Position numbers and translations under genes: made by a program
Shown here: piece after piece, positions 12,655-23,982 of the stretch
How positions within the stretch are numbered: the first letter of the stretch is position 1
Layout of the letters: each line of letters begins with the position of its first letter
The notes under the pieces: model-generated
Told to the model about the DNA's origin: nothing
The model's database searches: none
The model's input: the letters and a program-made list of their open reading frames with translations, nothing else
NCBI RefSeq assembly: GCF_001194135.2
Contig: NC_068987.1
Span: 108,510,102 to 108,559,178, forward strand
DNA: 49,077 nucleotides
Direction: 5' to 3'
From: Octopus bimaculoides
Lineage: Eukaryota

Positions 12655-13085
12655 AATCCTTTATTCTTTTATTCTTTTATTCCTTTATTCGTTTCGCTCA
12701 TTGAATTTGTACTATACTGAGGCACCGTCTTAAAGGGCTTCAGTTGATAAAATAACCCTCAATACATCTCTTTGTAGGAAACTGGTTCTTATTTTTGCGC
12801 TCTCTCTTTTATCAAATCCCTAAGTTATGGAAGCTTAAATGAACCTATAAATGATAGTCAACCATTTAGAGACAAACAGAAAGATGCAATGAAATACGCA
12901 GCCTCATACAGAGAGTTGCATACATGCACCATACTCACAATAACAACTGGCTTCTACATCAGTTTCCGTCAACACAATTCACATTCACTCGCAAACACAC
13001 GGTAGCCTCAGAACTCTGATAGGAGACATTTATTCAAGGTTTTGTGCAGTGGGATTGAATCCAGAACCACACAGCTGCGAAGTGA
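12655..13085 (-). mobile_element. Old SINE family B copy
   Basis: Degenerate head (gggattgaatccagaaccaca) and tail (ttattcttttattc...gcaccgtctt) in the expected order on minus. Confidence 0.55.
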
Positions 13086-13842
13086 CGCAAATCCGTAGCT
13101 TCTTCTGACAACATTTTCAATGATAATATCGTTCAAGGTGACTGAAATACAAAAATAAACTTACTGGGACTACCATTTCCTTATCTCCATATTGACACAG
13201 AGTATACACGCGGTGGCTCGATCCAGTAGAAATATCCTTTAACTTACACCGTATTCTCCTAACACACAATGGACGCATTGGATAATGTATTCCTAAATAG
13301 ATTGTGTCGGTTGAAAAGAGCGAAAATCTGTTTTCTGCAAACATTTTAATAACAGATTAGGGCTGAGCTGGGCCTAAGCAACGATGTTTGAGGCAACGAA
13401 GAAGTTTCAGTATTGCCGCTTGGCTTCCTAGAAATAACAGCTAAATTCTTTCAAATCAAATACGAGTGTCTTAAAAGAGGAAAGGACACATTAGATATTG
13501 TAATCCTAGACATACAAACCGGTGGATGATCGCAGATGGAAAGCAGTTTTTCTCATATGTCTGCTCAATAAGGCCCGCGGCACGTAGTTAAGCAACAATA
13601 CCGCTACCAACAACGCAGATAATGAACCAAAGGAAAACGTAGAATAAGCAGAGAGTAAAGAAGCAAAATATCTGGGACAGTTGTGCATCTAGACGATGCT
13701 AGTGTCAGATTTACGGCAGTAGAGAATCAAAAGTTTTACCTTCAATATGTCAGTGCTAAAGAAGAAAACCTGAAGTCTTACGAAACAACCAGTTGTACAA
13801 TTTCCCATGTTTAAACATAAACATTCTTAGGAAGTTAAACCC

Positions 13843-13920
13843 GCGGCGAGCTGGCAGAAACGTTAGCACGCCGGGCGAAATGCTAACGTTTCTGCCAGCT
13901 CACCGCCTTATCGTTCTGAA
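13843..13920 (+). mobile_element. SINE family A head containing an inverted duplication (64-nt hairpin)
   Basis: Arms 13843-13868 and 13881-13906 are reverse complements at 25 of 26 positions, with a 12-nt loop. Confidence 0.9.
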
Positions 13921-14003
13921 TATGAAATGGTAAATGTGGTGCATTAACACTAAGTAACTGATGTCACAGTTCTTTCTAGAATGAAAATACAAAATAAAAT
14001 ATA

Positions 14004-14417
14004 GGCGCAGGAGTGGCTGTGTGGTAAGTAGCTTGCTTACGAACCACATGGTTCCGGGTTCAGTCCCACTGCGTGGCACCTTGGACAAGTGTCTTCTACT
14101 ATAGCCTCGGGCCGACCAAAGCCTTGTGAGTGGATTTGGTTGATGGAACTGGAAAAAAGCCCGTCGTATATATGTATATGTATATGTGTGTGTGTGTGTG
14201 TGTGTGTATGTTTGTATGTCTGTGTTTGTCCCCCCAACATCGCTTGACAACCGATGCTGGTGTGTTTACGTCCCCATAACTTAGCGGTTCGGAAAAAAGA
14301 GACCGATACAATAAGTACTAGGCATCCCAAAGAATAAGTCCTGGGGTCGATTTGCTCGACAAAAAGGCGGTGCTCCAGCATGGCCGCAGTCAAATGACTG
14401 AAACAAGTAAAAGAGTA
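14004..14417 (+). mobile_element. SINE family B, full length
   Basis: A/B-box head, CCTTGGACAAGTGTCTT CORE-like motif, internal (TA/TG)n tract, tail ending gtaaaagagta; near-identical to 46430-46839. Confidence 0.95.
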
Positions 14418-14419
14418 GT

Positions 14420-14850
14420 TCACTGATGTCAAGCAGTGTAATTTGATGCTCTGTTGTGGATGTTCATATTTGCAGTAGATCTTCCAGTAAAACAATATAG
14501 CTGTTATACCAACCTCTCCAAGAGAACATTCTACATTTAACCTGACCTCACTAAGGACAAAAATATCTACTAAATATCGATTCAGCTCTACTAGCAACAA
14601 GACATTTATGGAACTGGGAGTCTCTTCGCCAGATTACGAACGTCTGGCATTGTCTGTATATAATATAGGTTGAACGGTGTGTTTTTACGACCGCTAAATG
14701 GACTGTGCTGACGGACGCCTTTGAATCTACACGCAGTAACTTGGGTATACGATATTTGTTCAGCATTTCTGAACCCTTTTCCAGGGCCACTGCGATATGA
14801 GGCTGCCGTATCAGCCTTTCGTCCGACCACCTGTCACCCAATACCTAAGT
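14420..14850 (-). mobile_element. RTE-clade LINE 5' end (5' UTR plus start of APE endonuclease), decayed
   Basis: Minus strand reads ELNRYLVDIFVLSEVRLNVECSLGEVG...LFYWK, matching the RTE APE N-terminal motif EL.RY..DI.ALSE.RL..GSL.E.G..FFW; GC-richer leader upstream. Confidence 0.65.
14747..14837 (-). ncRNA. Candidate HDV-like ribozyme fold (probably degenerate)
   Basis: P2, P3, GG, P4 and J4/2 CAAA occur in the correct order; P1 only half paired. See findings. Confidence 0.35.
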
Positions 14851-15238
14851 AACTGACATCACAAGCTAACTCTTAAATCAATCGACGCTCTAATGCAAAT
14901 AAATAATAAAAGAAATAACTCGTACCTCACACTGCTTTTGACAACCAAATTTTTGCGAAGGCATAAATTAGAAAGAGAGAGAAAGAAGTTATTTAGTAGA
15001 GGATGAAATTAGCATAAATTTGAATAACAAATAAATGGATACTCCCTATATGATAAATTGTAAGCTTTTAAAAATTCCTTTCACGAAAAAGAATAAACAA
15101 AATATGAAAAAGAAAGAAAGAAAGAAAACAAGGGTCATTTGCTGGCAATCTTGAACTAGAAGACATCATTTTTAAAGAATTTAGAAAGAAATCATAATTG
15201 AATTATTACACTGAAGACCGAAACGAAGAGAAATAATA

Positions 15239-15270
<32 letters not shown>

Positions 15271-15824
15271 AAATGTCCTGATGCCGTACCAGGCAGTGAC
15301 TTTCATGCCTTCTGATGTTAACTGACTGGTAGTGTTATGCACATTGTTTTCCCTTGGGCACAGATGGGCTACAGCAAATATTCCGCTCAATACCACAGAT
15401 TTGCATGTCAGTTGTTTGACCTTAACCCGTTGAGCATGTCCCTGGGTGGCTGACGATATGTGCATCTATGATCACGAGCAGAAGTAGTGGGGGAGCATCG
15501 TAGCCATGTGTTGAGAGGAATTCTTTGGGGTTTGGATAATTCACCTCTGGAAACATAGGTGTCTTGCTTAACATCCTTAAACAAACCTTATTCAGGGACG
15601 TTTTGAGCAGGATGGTCTACGCGCCCAGAAGAAAATTCTCACAGGGCCCCAACCTGCAAGGTCATCCACTGTTTATCTTGATATGAGATTACCATGTCGC
15701 GCATATATGGTTGTGATGCACGTGCCTGGTATACCCTTATCTGAGGAATAGCCATGAGGGGTACACTGAGCTTCATACAGTTTACCCCAGTGTCAATCTG
15801 ATGGGATACCCTGCTCTTTCATTC
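15271..15824 (-). mobile_element. Probable non-autonomous retroposon embedded in trinucleotide repeats
   Basis: 554-bp complex, GC-richer block with (ATC)n(ATT)n at its minus-strand 3' end and (ATT)n at its 5' end; no credible ORF; recalled as a dispersed octopus repeat (unverified). Confidence 0.5.
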
Positions 15825-15869
<45 letters not shown>

Positions 15870-16041
15870 CCTTTCTACTATAGACACAAAGCCTGAAATT
15901 TTGAGGGAGGGGCTAGTCGATCACATCGACTCCAGTGCTCATCTAGTCGACCGCAGCAGAATTTGAACTCAGAACGTAGCAACGGGCGAAATACCGCAAA
16001 GCATTTCGCCGAACGTGCTAACTATTCTACCAGCTCGCCGC
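15870..16041 (-). mobile_element. SINE family A, internally deleted, flanked by (AAT)n
   Basis: aatttgaactcagaacgt...ataccgc.aagcatttcgcc...gtgctaac...cagctcgccgc matches family A. Confidence 0.85.
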
Positions 16042-16146
<105 letters not shown>

Positions 16147-16190
16147 CCTTTCTAAAATACGCACCTGGCCTGAAGTTTGGCGAGAGGAAG
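16147..16190 (-). mobile_element. SINE family A 3' tail fragment
   Basis: cctttcta...gcac..ggcctgaagttt parallels 15870-15900 and abuts (AAT)n. Confidence 0.55.
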
Positions 16191-16261
16191 TTTACAAATT
16201 TTGGCACAAGTACAGCAGGTTTGGTAATAATAGAAATAATAAATAAATAAATAAATAAACA

Positions 16262-16618
16262 AATGGGAGAAAAGGGGCTGGAAAAGATTGAAAAGTACCA
16301 GCTTTTAAAAGATGAAATTGCACTAATGTGGGAGCAATGAAGAAAGTAACTGCCATCACAGTAGTTGTAGGGTCACTGGCAGCTTTAACAATCAGGTTTG
16401 AGAATATGTTGGAGAAATTGGTATTAATATGATGGTAGAATATATTCTGAAAACTGCTTTATTAAGGAGAGCGAGGATTTTGAGATTGGTAAATGGGTGT
16501 TAAGTATCGGGGGAAAATACTCTGTGAGAACTTTGACAAGAGGTTACTGTCCGCATTTACAGAATTAGTCAGAGCAGGTGAAATCGAGGGCTATGAGAGG
16601 TGAAATGGAAATAATAAA
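16262..16618 (+). mobile_element. Second R4/Dong-like non-LTR 3' fragment (different family)
   Basis: EKIEKYQLLKDEIALMW / MKKVT...VVVGSL...RFE / LKTALLRRARILR, the conserved RLE C-terminus, then a UTR ending aataataaat. Confidence 0.7.
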
Positions 16619-16657
16619 TATACAGATTAATTTTGCCCAAGTGTGTGCTAAACTCTC

Positions 16658-16692
<35 letters not shown>

Positions 16693-16831
16693 GTATGTTA
16701 AATGGTCTAGAATTGGTGGGAGCGGATACAAAGTTATGCAAATGGTATAAAACCAAGTGATAAAAACGGGTACGTAATAGTGCCTTGCTTCCAAAACAAG
16801 GGTGGGGTTGTCATTTTTGTCTACGTATAGT

Positions 16832-17168
16832 GAAGGTGCATGGCTCAACGGTTAGATCGTGGAGCTTACGAATGTGAGGTTGTCAGTTCGATTCCCGGAT
16901 CGAGCTGCGTGTTGTGTTCTTGAGCAAGACACTTTATTTCACGTTGCTCCAGTTCACTCAGCTGTAGAAATGAGTTGCGACGTCACAGGTGCCAAGCCGT
17001 ATCGGTCTTTGCCTTTCCCTTGGATAACATCAGTGGTGTGGAGAGGGGAAGCTGATATGCATGGGCGACTGCTGGTCTTCCATAAACAACATTGTCTGGA
17101 CTTGTGCCTCGGTGGGTAACTTTCTAGGTGCAATCCCAGGGTCAGTCATGACCGAAGGGGGTCTCCTC
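16832..17168 (+). mobile_element. SINE family C, full length
   Basis: tRNA-like head (TGGCTCAACGG; AGTTCGATTCCC), CORE-like segment; collinear with 30828-31162. Confidence 0.9.
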
Positions 17169-18159
17169 AGTAATTTAGGCATGGATTTAATTTTTAATTT
17201 TCATAATTATCTCCACTTCTCATTCAGAGTTGCTGCTAATTGCCCCTAGTTAATTGAATATCTTCTATGTCGATAAGAGAAATTTGAAGACATACAGTAT
17301 AAACTCTTTGCCTTAGCCACTCATACACACGCATTCACTCAAAAACACATACGCTCACACACACAAAGAAGAAACTCCAGCTTACTTATAAAATCGTACA
17401 TATACATATATTTAATACACATGAATACACACTCACACATGCACGCACAGACACACACACATATGTATATATATATGTGTACATATGTATATATGTGCAT
17501 ATATGTGTATGCATATATACATATGTACATGCAAAATATTCACGTACACAAATGCATACCCATTTGTATATTTATGCATACATACATATTTACACACACA
17601 CATATATACAAATACGCATACACACATACATACATGCATACTTACTTACATACATACATGCATATATATCTACATTTATAGATATATGTACATACATATT
17701 GCACACATATACATATGCGTGTAGTGAGATCTATTGATGTATGTGTCTATAAGCGCACACAGAGAAACGGAGAGATGTGGAAGAGACTGAGAAATTATTA
17801 AGATTCATATGGCAGAAATTTGATTCATATTTCCTCATGGAATATCGATAGAAAACAGTGATACATCATATTGATAGCATTATATAGTCAGACAAACATA
17901 CACACATACTCAAACACGCAATGACTATATGAATATATATTTGTATATATATATATATATAAATATATACGCATATACACATGCATGCACACACAAACAC
18001 ACTCACATACACACATATTTATTTCCTTCTGTTTTGCAGTTACTTTTAACGATATTGAATAAGAGGAAGCTGCATCAATGAGTACTTGTCTGCGTATGTA
18101 TCTGTGGTGTACATGTGTCTATATATATTCATATATGTGTGTGTGCTTGTGTGTGCTTG

Positions 18160-18194
<35 letters not shown>

Positions 18195-18482
18195 GTTTTT
18201 GTGTGAGTCTGTGTATATGTGTACCCTTACATAGACACGATTTTACATATGCAGCGCAGTCAAAACGAAGGTCGTTAAAAGTAACTGAAGAATTGAAGGA
18301 TAAATGTGTATACACACACGGACACACACACACACAGACACACAGACACACACAGACACACAGATACACACACACACGAACATATATATATATACATATA
18401 TATACACACATATATACATATGGGTATCTTTCAATCTATTTATCTATCAATCAATCTACATATATCTATATANNNNNNNNNN

Positions 18483-19432
18483 ATATGGGGTAGGACCGCC
18501 TTTGGCAGTAATTGCAGCTTGAATTCTACGAGATATAGACTCGTACAAAATTTGAATTGTTTCCAAAGGAATTTTTGTCCATTCTTTAGCTAAAACAGTC
18601 TCCAGTTCTTGTATCGACTCCTTAATTGTTTTTCTAAAATGCACCATAAATTGTTGAATAATATTGAGATCTGGGGACTATGTTGGCCAGATAAGATGTT
18701 CAACTTCACTGGTATGTTCCTCGTGCCATTCAGTAACAACTTTAGCTGTGTGAATTGGTGCAATATCATCCTGAATGATTGTGTTTCTCACCGGATGAAT
18801 TTGATCAGATAAAATGTTTAAAGTCTTCACTATTAATTCTGCCATGAAGGGAAACCAGTGGGCCGGCGGATTTCCATGTTTAAAAGTTGCAAGAAGGCAG
18901 TCTGGGTCAAATGCTTCTTTTGGCTGTCTCCACACGTATACTCGGCCGGTGGTCGGCAATAAGGTAAAGGATGACTCGTCCAAGAAAATAACATTCTTCC
19001 ACAGCTCTAGGGACCAATTCTGTAGGTATTTCCTCCACACTAAACGCTTTGGAACATTTGTTTTTGAAAGTGGTTTTCTGATTGCAGCCCTCTCGTGAAA
19101 TCCGGCTTTGTCCAGCTCCCGGCGAACAGTTTTTGTGGAAATTGGGTTCCCGAGATTGTCATTAAGCTCTACAGTAATTTTGGGAGCTGTACTTTTGTGA
19201 TCCTTTCTAACAATTCGCGTAAGAGTCCGACGGTCCCTATCTGAAAGTTTTGGTTTACTTCGGGAGTTTTGTTTCGACGAGGATGTTTTCCTCTCTTTCT
19301 GAAAGGGTGTCATTACATTCGAAACAGTACTTCTTGCTATACCAAACATTTCGGCTGTTTTCGCTACGCTAGCGCCTGCCACACGAGCACCAACAATTTG
19401 ACCTCTTTGAAATTCCGATAGATTTCTCATTT
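18483..19432 (-). mobile_element. Tc1 transposon, DD36E type (Incomer-like), transposase pseudogene
   Basis: ORF 18678-19430: MRNLSEFQRGQIVGAR...VIFLDESSF...QDDIAPIHT...WPT*SPDLNII(E>Q)...KGGPTPY; 36 residues from second Asp to the Glu position; internal deletions and a premature stop. Both termini lie in gaps. Confidence 0.9.
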
Positions 19433-20024
19433 TNNNNNNNNNNNNNNNNNNNNNNNNNNNNNNNNNNNNNNNNNNNNNNNNNNNNNNNNNNNNNNNNNNN
19501 NNNNNNNNNNNNNNNNNNNNNNNNNNNNNNNNNNNNNNNNNNNNNNNNNNNNNNNNNNNNNNNNNNNNNNNNNNNNNNNNNNNNNNNNNNNNNNNNNNNN
19601 NNNNNNNNNNNNNNNNNNNNNNNNNNNNNNNNNNNNNNNNNNNNNNNNNNNNNNNNNNNNNNNNNNNNNNNNNNNNNNNNNNNNNNNNNNNNNNNNNNNN
19701 NNNNNNNNNNNNNNNNNNNNNNNNNNNNNNNNNNNNNNNNNNNNNNNNNNNNNNNNNNNNNNNNNNNNNNNNNNNNNNNNNNNNNNNNNNNNNNNNNNNN
19801 NNNNNNNNNNNNNNNNNNNNNNNNNNNNNNNNNNNNNNNNNNNNNNNNNNNNNNNNNNNNNNNNNNNNNNNNNNNNNNNNNNNNNNNNNNNNNNNNNNNN
19901 NNNNNNNNNNNNNNNNNNNNNNNNNNNNNNNNNNNNNNNNNNNNNNNNNNNNNNNNNNNNNNNNNNNNNNNNNNNNNNNNNNNNNNNNNNNNNNNNNNNN
20001 NNNNNNNNNNNNNNNNNNNNNNNN

Positions 20025-20059
<35 letters not shown>

Positions 20060-20103
20060 GAGAGAGACAGAGAGAGAGAGACAGAGAGAGAGAGAGAAAG
20101 AGA

Positions 20104-20180
20104 GACGATGCTCTTCTTTCAGTTTCCGCCTATCAAATCTACGTACAAGGCTTTGGTTGGTCCGAGGTTATTATAGAACA
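20104..20180 (-). mobile_element. SINE family B internal fragment
   Basis: cttctttcagtttccgcctatcaaatc...aaggctttggttggtccgagg. Confidence 0.75.
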
Positions 20181-20260
20181 TTTTACATTATTTACATGTT
20201 TTTACATTTGACGGATATTTGTCATCTTGGGTTCTCATTGCCAAGGCTTTTTTCGATGTT
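20181..20260 (-). mobile_element. Short dispersed repeat, second copy of 21466-21616 (larger deletion)
   Basis: Reverse complement aacatc...aatgagaaccca|agatgacaaatatccgtcaaatgtaaa..atgtaaataatg matches 21466-21590. Confidence 0.75.
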
Positions 20261-21354
20261 ATTATTATTATTATTATTATTGTTCAGTAGTTTTATTNNN
20301 NNNNNNNNNNNNNNNNNNNNNNNNNNNNNNNNNNNNNNNNNNNNNNNNNNNNNNNNNNNNNNNNNNNNNNNNNNNNNNNNNNNNNNNNNNNNNNNNNNNN
20401 NNNNNNNNNNNNNNNNNNNNNNNNNNNNNNNNNNNNNNNNNNNNNNNNNNNNNNNNNNNNNNNNNNNNNNNNNNNNNNNNNNNNNNNNNNNNNNNNNNNN
20501 NNNNNNNNNNNNNNNNNNNNNNNNNNNNNNNNNNNNNNNNNNNNNNNNNNNNNNNNNNNNNNNNNNNNNNNNNNNNNNNNNNNNNNNNNNNNNNNNNNNN
20601 NNNNNNNNNNNNNNNNNNNNNNNNNNNNNNNNNNNNNNNNNNNNNNNNNNNNNNNNNNNNNNNNNNNNNNNNNNNNNNNNNNNNNNNNNNNNNNNNNNNN
20701 NNNNNNNNNNNNNNNNNNNNNNNNNNNNNNNNNNNNNNNNNNNNNNNNNNNNNNNNNNNNNNNNNNNNNNNNNNNNNNNNNNNNNNNNNNNNNNNNNNNN
20801 NNNNNNNNNNNNNNNNNNNNNNNNNNNNNNNNNNNNNNNNNNNNNNNNNNNNNNNNNNNNNNNNNNNNNNNNNNNNNNNNNNNNNNNNNNNNNNNNNNNN
20901 NNNNNNNNNNNNNNNNNNNNNNNNNNNNNNNNNNNNNNNNNNNNNNNNNNNNNNNNNNNNNNNNNNNNNNNNNNNNNNNNNNNNNNNNNNNNNNNNNNNN
21001 NNNNNNNNNNNNNNNNNNNNNNNNNNNNNNNNNNNNNNNNNNNNNNNNNNNNNNNNNNNNNNNNNNNNNNNNNNNNNNNNNNNNNNNNNNNNNNNNNNNN
21101 NNNNNNNNNNNNNNNNNNNNNNNNNNNNNNNNNNNNNNNNNNNNNNNNNNNNNNNNNNNNNNNNNNNNNNNNGTGTTATGTTTCCTTTCATTATATGTTT
21201 TTGGTAATTTCTGGTGGGGAGGTTATGGTCTTGTGCAGCAATTAAAAATCCTTCAGTCTCTGCCTTGAGTCCTGAGCTTCTCAGCCATTGCTGGGATCTT
21301 TCTCTGTCTATTTCTTTTGCATTTAGTTTAGCCCAGTATTTACCATGCAGGGGC

Positions 21355-21355
<1 letters not shown>

Positions 21356-21450
<95 letters not shown>

Positions 21451-21465
21451 CATTATTATTATTAT
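21356..21465. repeat. (ATT)n microsatellite
   Basis: Direct reading. Confidence 0.95.
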
Positions 21466-21616
21466 AACATCCAAAAATACCATACGAATGAGAACTCAGG
21501 TTCGAAATTGCCCCAAAGACACCTGATGAAGCCTGGAGGGTAGATGAGGAGAAATATCCGTCAAATATAAATAATGTAAATAATGCACATAATTCCTCGT
21601 CTCTTAAATATAGAAC
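21466..21616 (+). mobile_element. Short dispersed repeat, probably a Penelope-like terminal segment with half a hammerhead core
   Basis: Homologous to 20181-20260; contains gacacCTGATGAagcctg at 21523 but no downstream GAAA. Confidence 0.5.
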
Positions 21617-21797
21617 TATAGAACACTTTGCCCAATGTGCTACGCACTGGGACTGTACCCTGATCGATATGTTCGAGAAGCTACCTTCTTACCACACAGC
21701 CACACATGCACACTTACACACACAAGCGCATATACACAAACACAGACACAGACACACACACAGACACACTGACACACAGACACAGGCACAGACACAG

Positions 21798-21835
<38 letters not shown>

Positions 21836-22059
21836 GATTATATACAGATACATGTACACCACAGACATACGCAGACACCTACTCATAGATGCAGCTTTGT
21901 CTTATTCAATATCGTTAAAACTAATATATAATATATATGAGTGTTGCATTGGTTGAGTGAAAATAATGGATTTATATGAACATATTGGATTGTAGCTGTG
22001 CCTATGTAGCTGTGTATGTATATAAGTATGTGTGTGGGAGTGTGTGCATATATATATAT

Positions 22060-22712
22060 CGTTGGCTCCAGCTCGTATCCGAGCATTGGTTTCATCAGTT
22101 TATATTCAATCACCTTGGCAGATGTTTGTGTCGAATGTGACTTTGAGTGCAATTCGGTGGTGAAAGAGTCGTGGGCAGAAGTCGGTGCGGGTCGACGATG
22201 TTGAATACGCTCCTTTCTTCTCCTGTGTTGTACCCCCTCATTCTGTTGTCTATTCTGCCCAAAGGAGCTGGCTGCATTACGGATAGCAATCCTCCATGTT
22301 GTCCTATCCATGGCAATCTGTTCCCATGAGGATGGCTGGATGTAAGTTTGAGCCAAGGTCCGTTTAGACTGTTATTTAAAACGGAATTTCGGACCTCTCC
22401 TGTGTCGTGTTCTGATTGCAAGATCTCCCTAGAACACGATCCTCGGGAGACGAGAGGGCTCCATACGCTGGACGTCACCTGGTAGTGAGGCTTGGTAGTG
22501 AGGCGGGCGAAGGACCTCATTGTTGGTAATGTGATCTTGCCATCGAATGTTGAGGATCTGTCGTAGCTTGGATTGCTGGAAGTATTCAAGGCGATTGAAG
22601 TCACAGTGGTACAGCGTCCAAGCCTCACAAGCGTGGGGAAGAGTTGACAGGACAATGGCACGGAGTAGCATGATCTTTGTCCGGATGGTCAGCGCGTGAT
22701 TGAAGAATACAT
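22060..22712 (-). mobile_element. RTE-clade (BovB-like) LINE 3' fragment, decayed
   Basis: TKIMLLRAIVLSTLPHACEAWTLY...FQQSKLRQILNIRWQDHITNNEVL...RLPRIVF...WEQIAMDRTTWRIAI; ends in (AT)n. Confidence 0.9.
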
Positions 22713-23777
22713 GTTGAATACATGTAAGTAATACATGAAGAATACATGTAAGTATGTATGTATACATACTTGTATATATATATGTGAACACATACACATA
22801 TATAAACAGACATGTACAGAAAAATATTCATAGATGCACACGTGCTGCACGAGATGCACACGAACAGCGACAGTATAAATGCAGAAAATATCAACTTATA
22901 GGATCTCATTTAGGAACGGTGGTCAACTCCCAAGATCTACACAGAGTTTGTATCTTTTTCTGTTACATAGAGCATAGAGACACACTGATATTGTGACCAC
23001 AAAGTCAGTACTCTGATACGATTCTTAGTTCACTGTTCCCATTCTTCAGCCGCCAATCTTACATTATTGTATCTGTGTCAGTACGTTTGTGTATATATAT
23101 GTATGTGTATGCGCGTGTTCGCGTGTGTGTGAGTGTGCGCGCGTGTTCGTGTGTGTGTGTGTGTCTATATGTGTGTGGGGGTATGCATTCATGCATATAT
23201 GTACACACTGACACACACACTCATATTCCTGAATTTATAAAATCGGGAGAAGGTCAAATAACTGTTTTTGAAACGGTTGATCTCGAAGCAGGAGAGTGCT
23301 ATAGATAATAACGAGTAAGTATTATTGATGGTCCTATCTGCTTCAGATTCACTGATCCCAACATGAATTTGATATACGTGTGTGTGTTTGTATGTGTGTG
23401 TGTGCGTGTGTGTGTGTGTGCGCGGGTGTGTGTGTGTGCGTGTGTATGTGTTTCTGTGTTTGTATTTGTATGTGTGTTTGTGTGCTTGTGTTTGTATGTG
23501 CGTGTGGTTGTGTGTGCATATGTATCGATATATATAAATATAGACACCTATATGTGGGTGCATGTGCATCTATGTTTGAATGTGTGTTTATTTTTTCTGC
23601 ACGTACAGTCTATATACATTGCAAACAACACAATCTATCTGTACAGTTTTAAAGATTTCTGTAAATAGGTTTGTAGACTTTTAGATTTTAATGTTTCATG
23701 TGTTGCACTTGCAATCATCAGTGAAGAAAGAGAATTCTTAGGATGATATATAATTCATTACAGATGAATTATGTATC

Positions 23778-23834
23778 ACAAGTGTATCGATGGGAAAAAG
23801 GATAAAATATGCTTGATCACTACATCTCTCGTAG

Positions 23835-23884
<50 letters not shown>

Positions 23885-23982
23885 TACGAAGTAGAGCTTA
23901 TACTATCAGTTTATATACATTATTTCTACGACAGATGTTGTGATCAAGCATATTTTATCCTTTTTTCCCATCGATACACTTG

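Noticed and set aside
15210-15226. CTGAAGA-CC-GAAAC hammerhead core
   Set aside because: Only 2 nt between the core halves (no stem II) and no stem III or NUH site.
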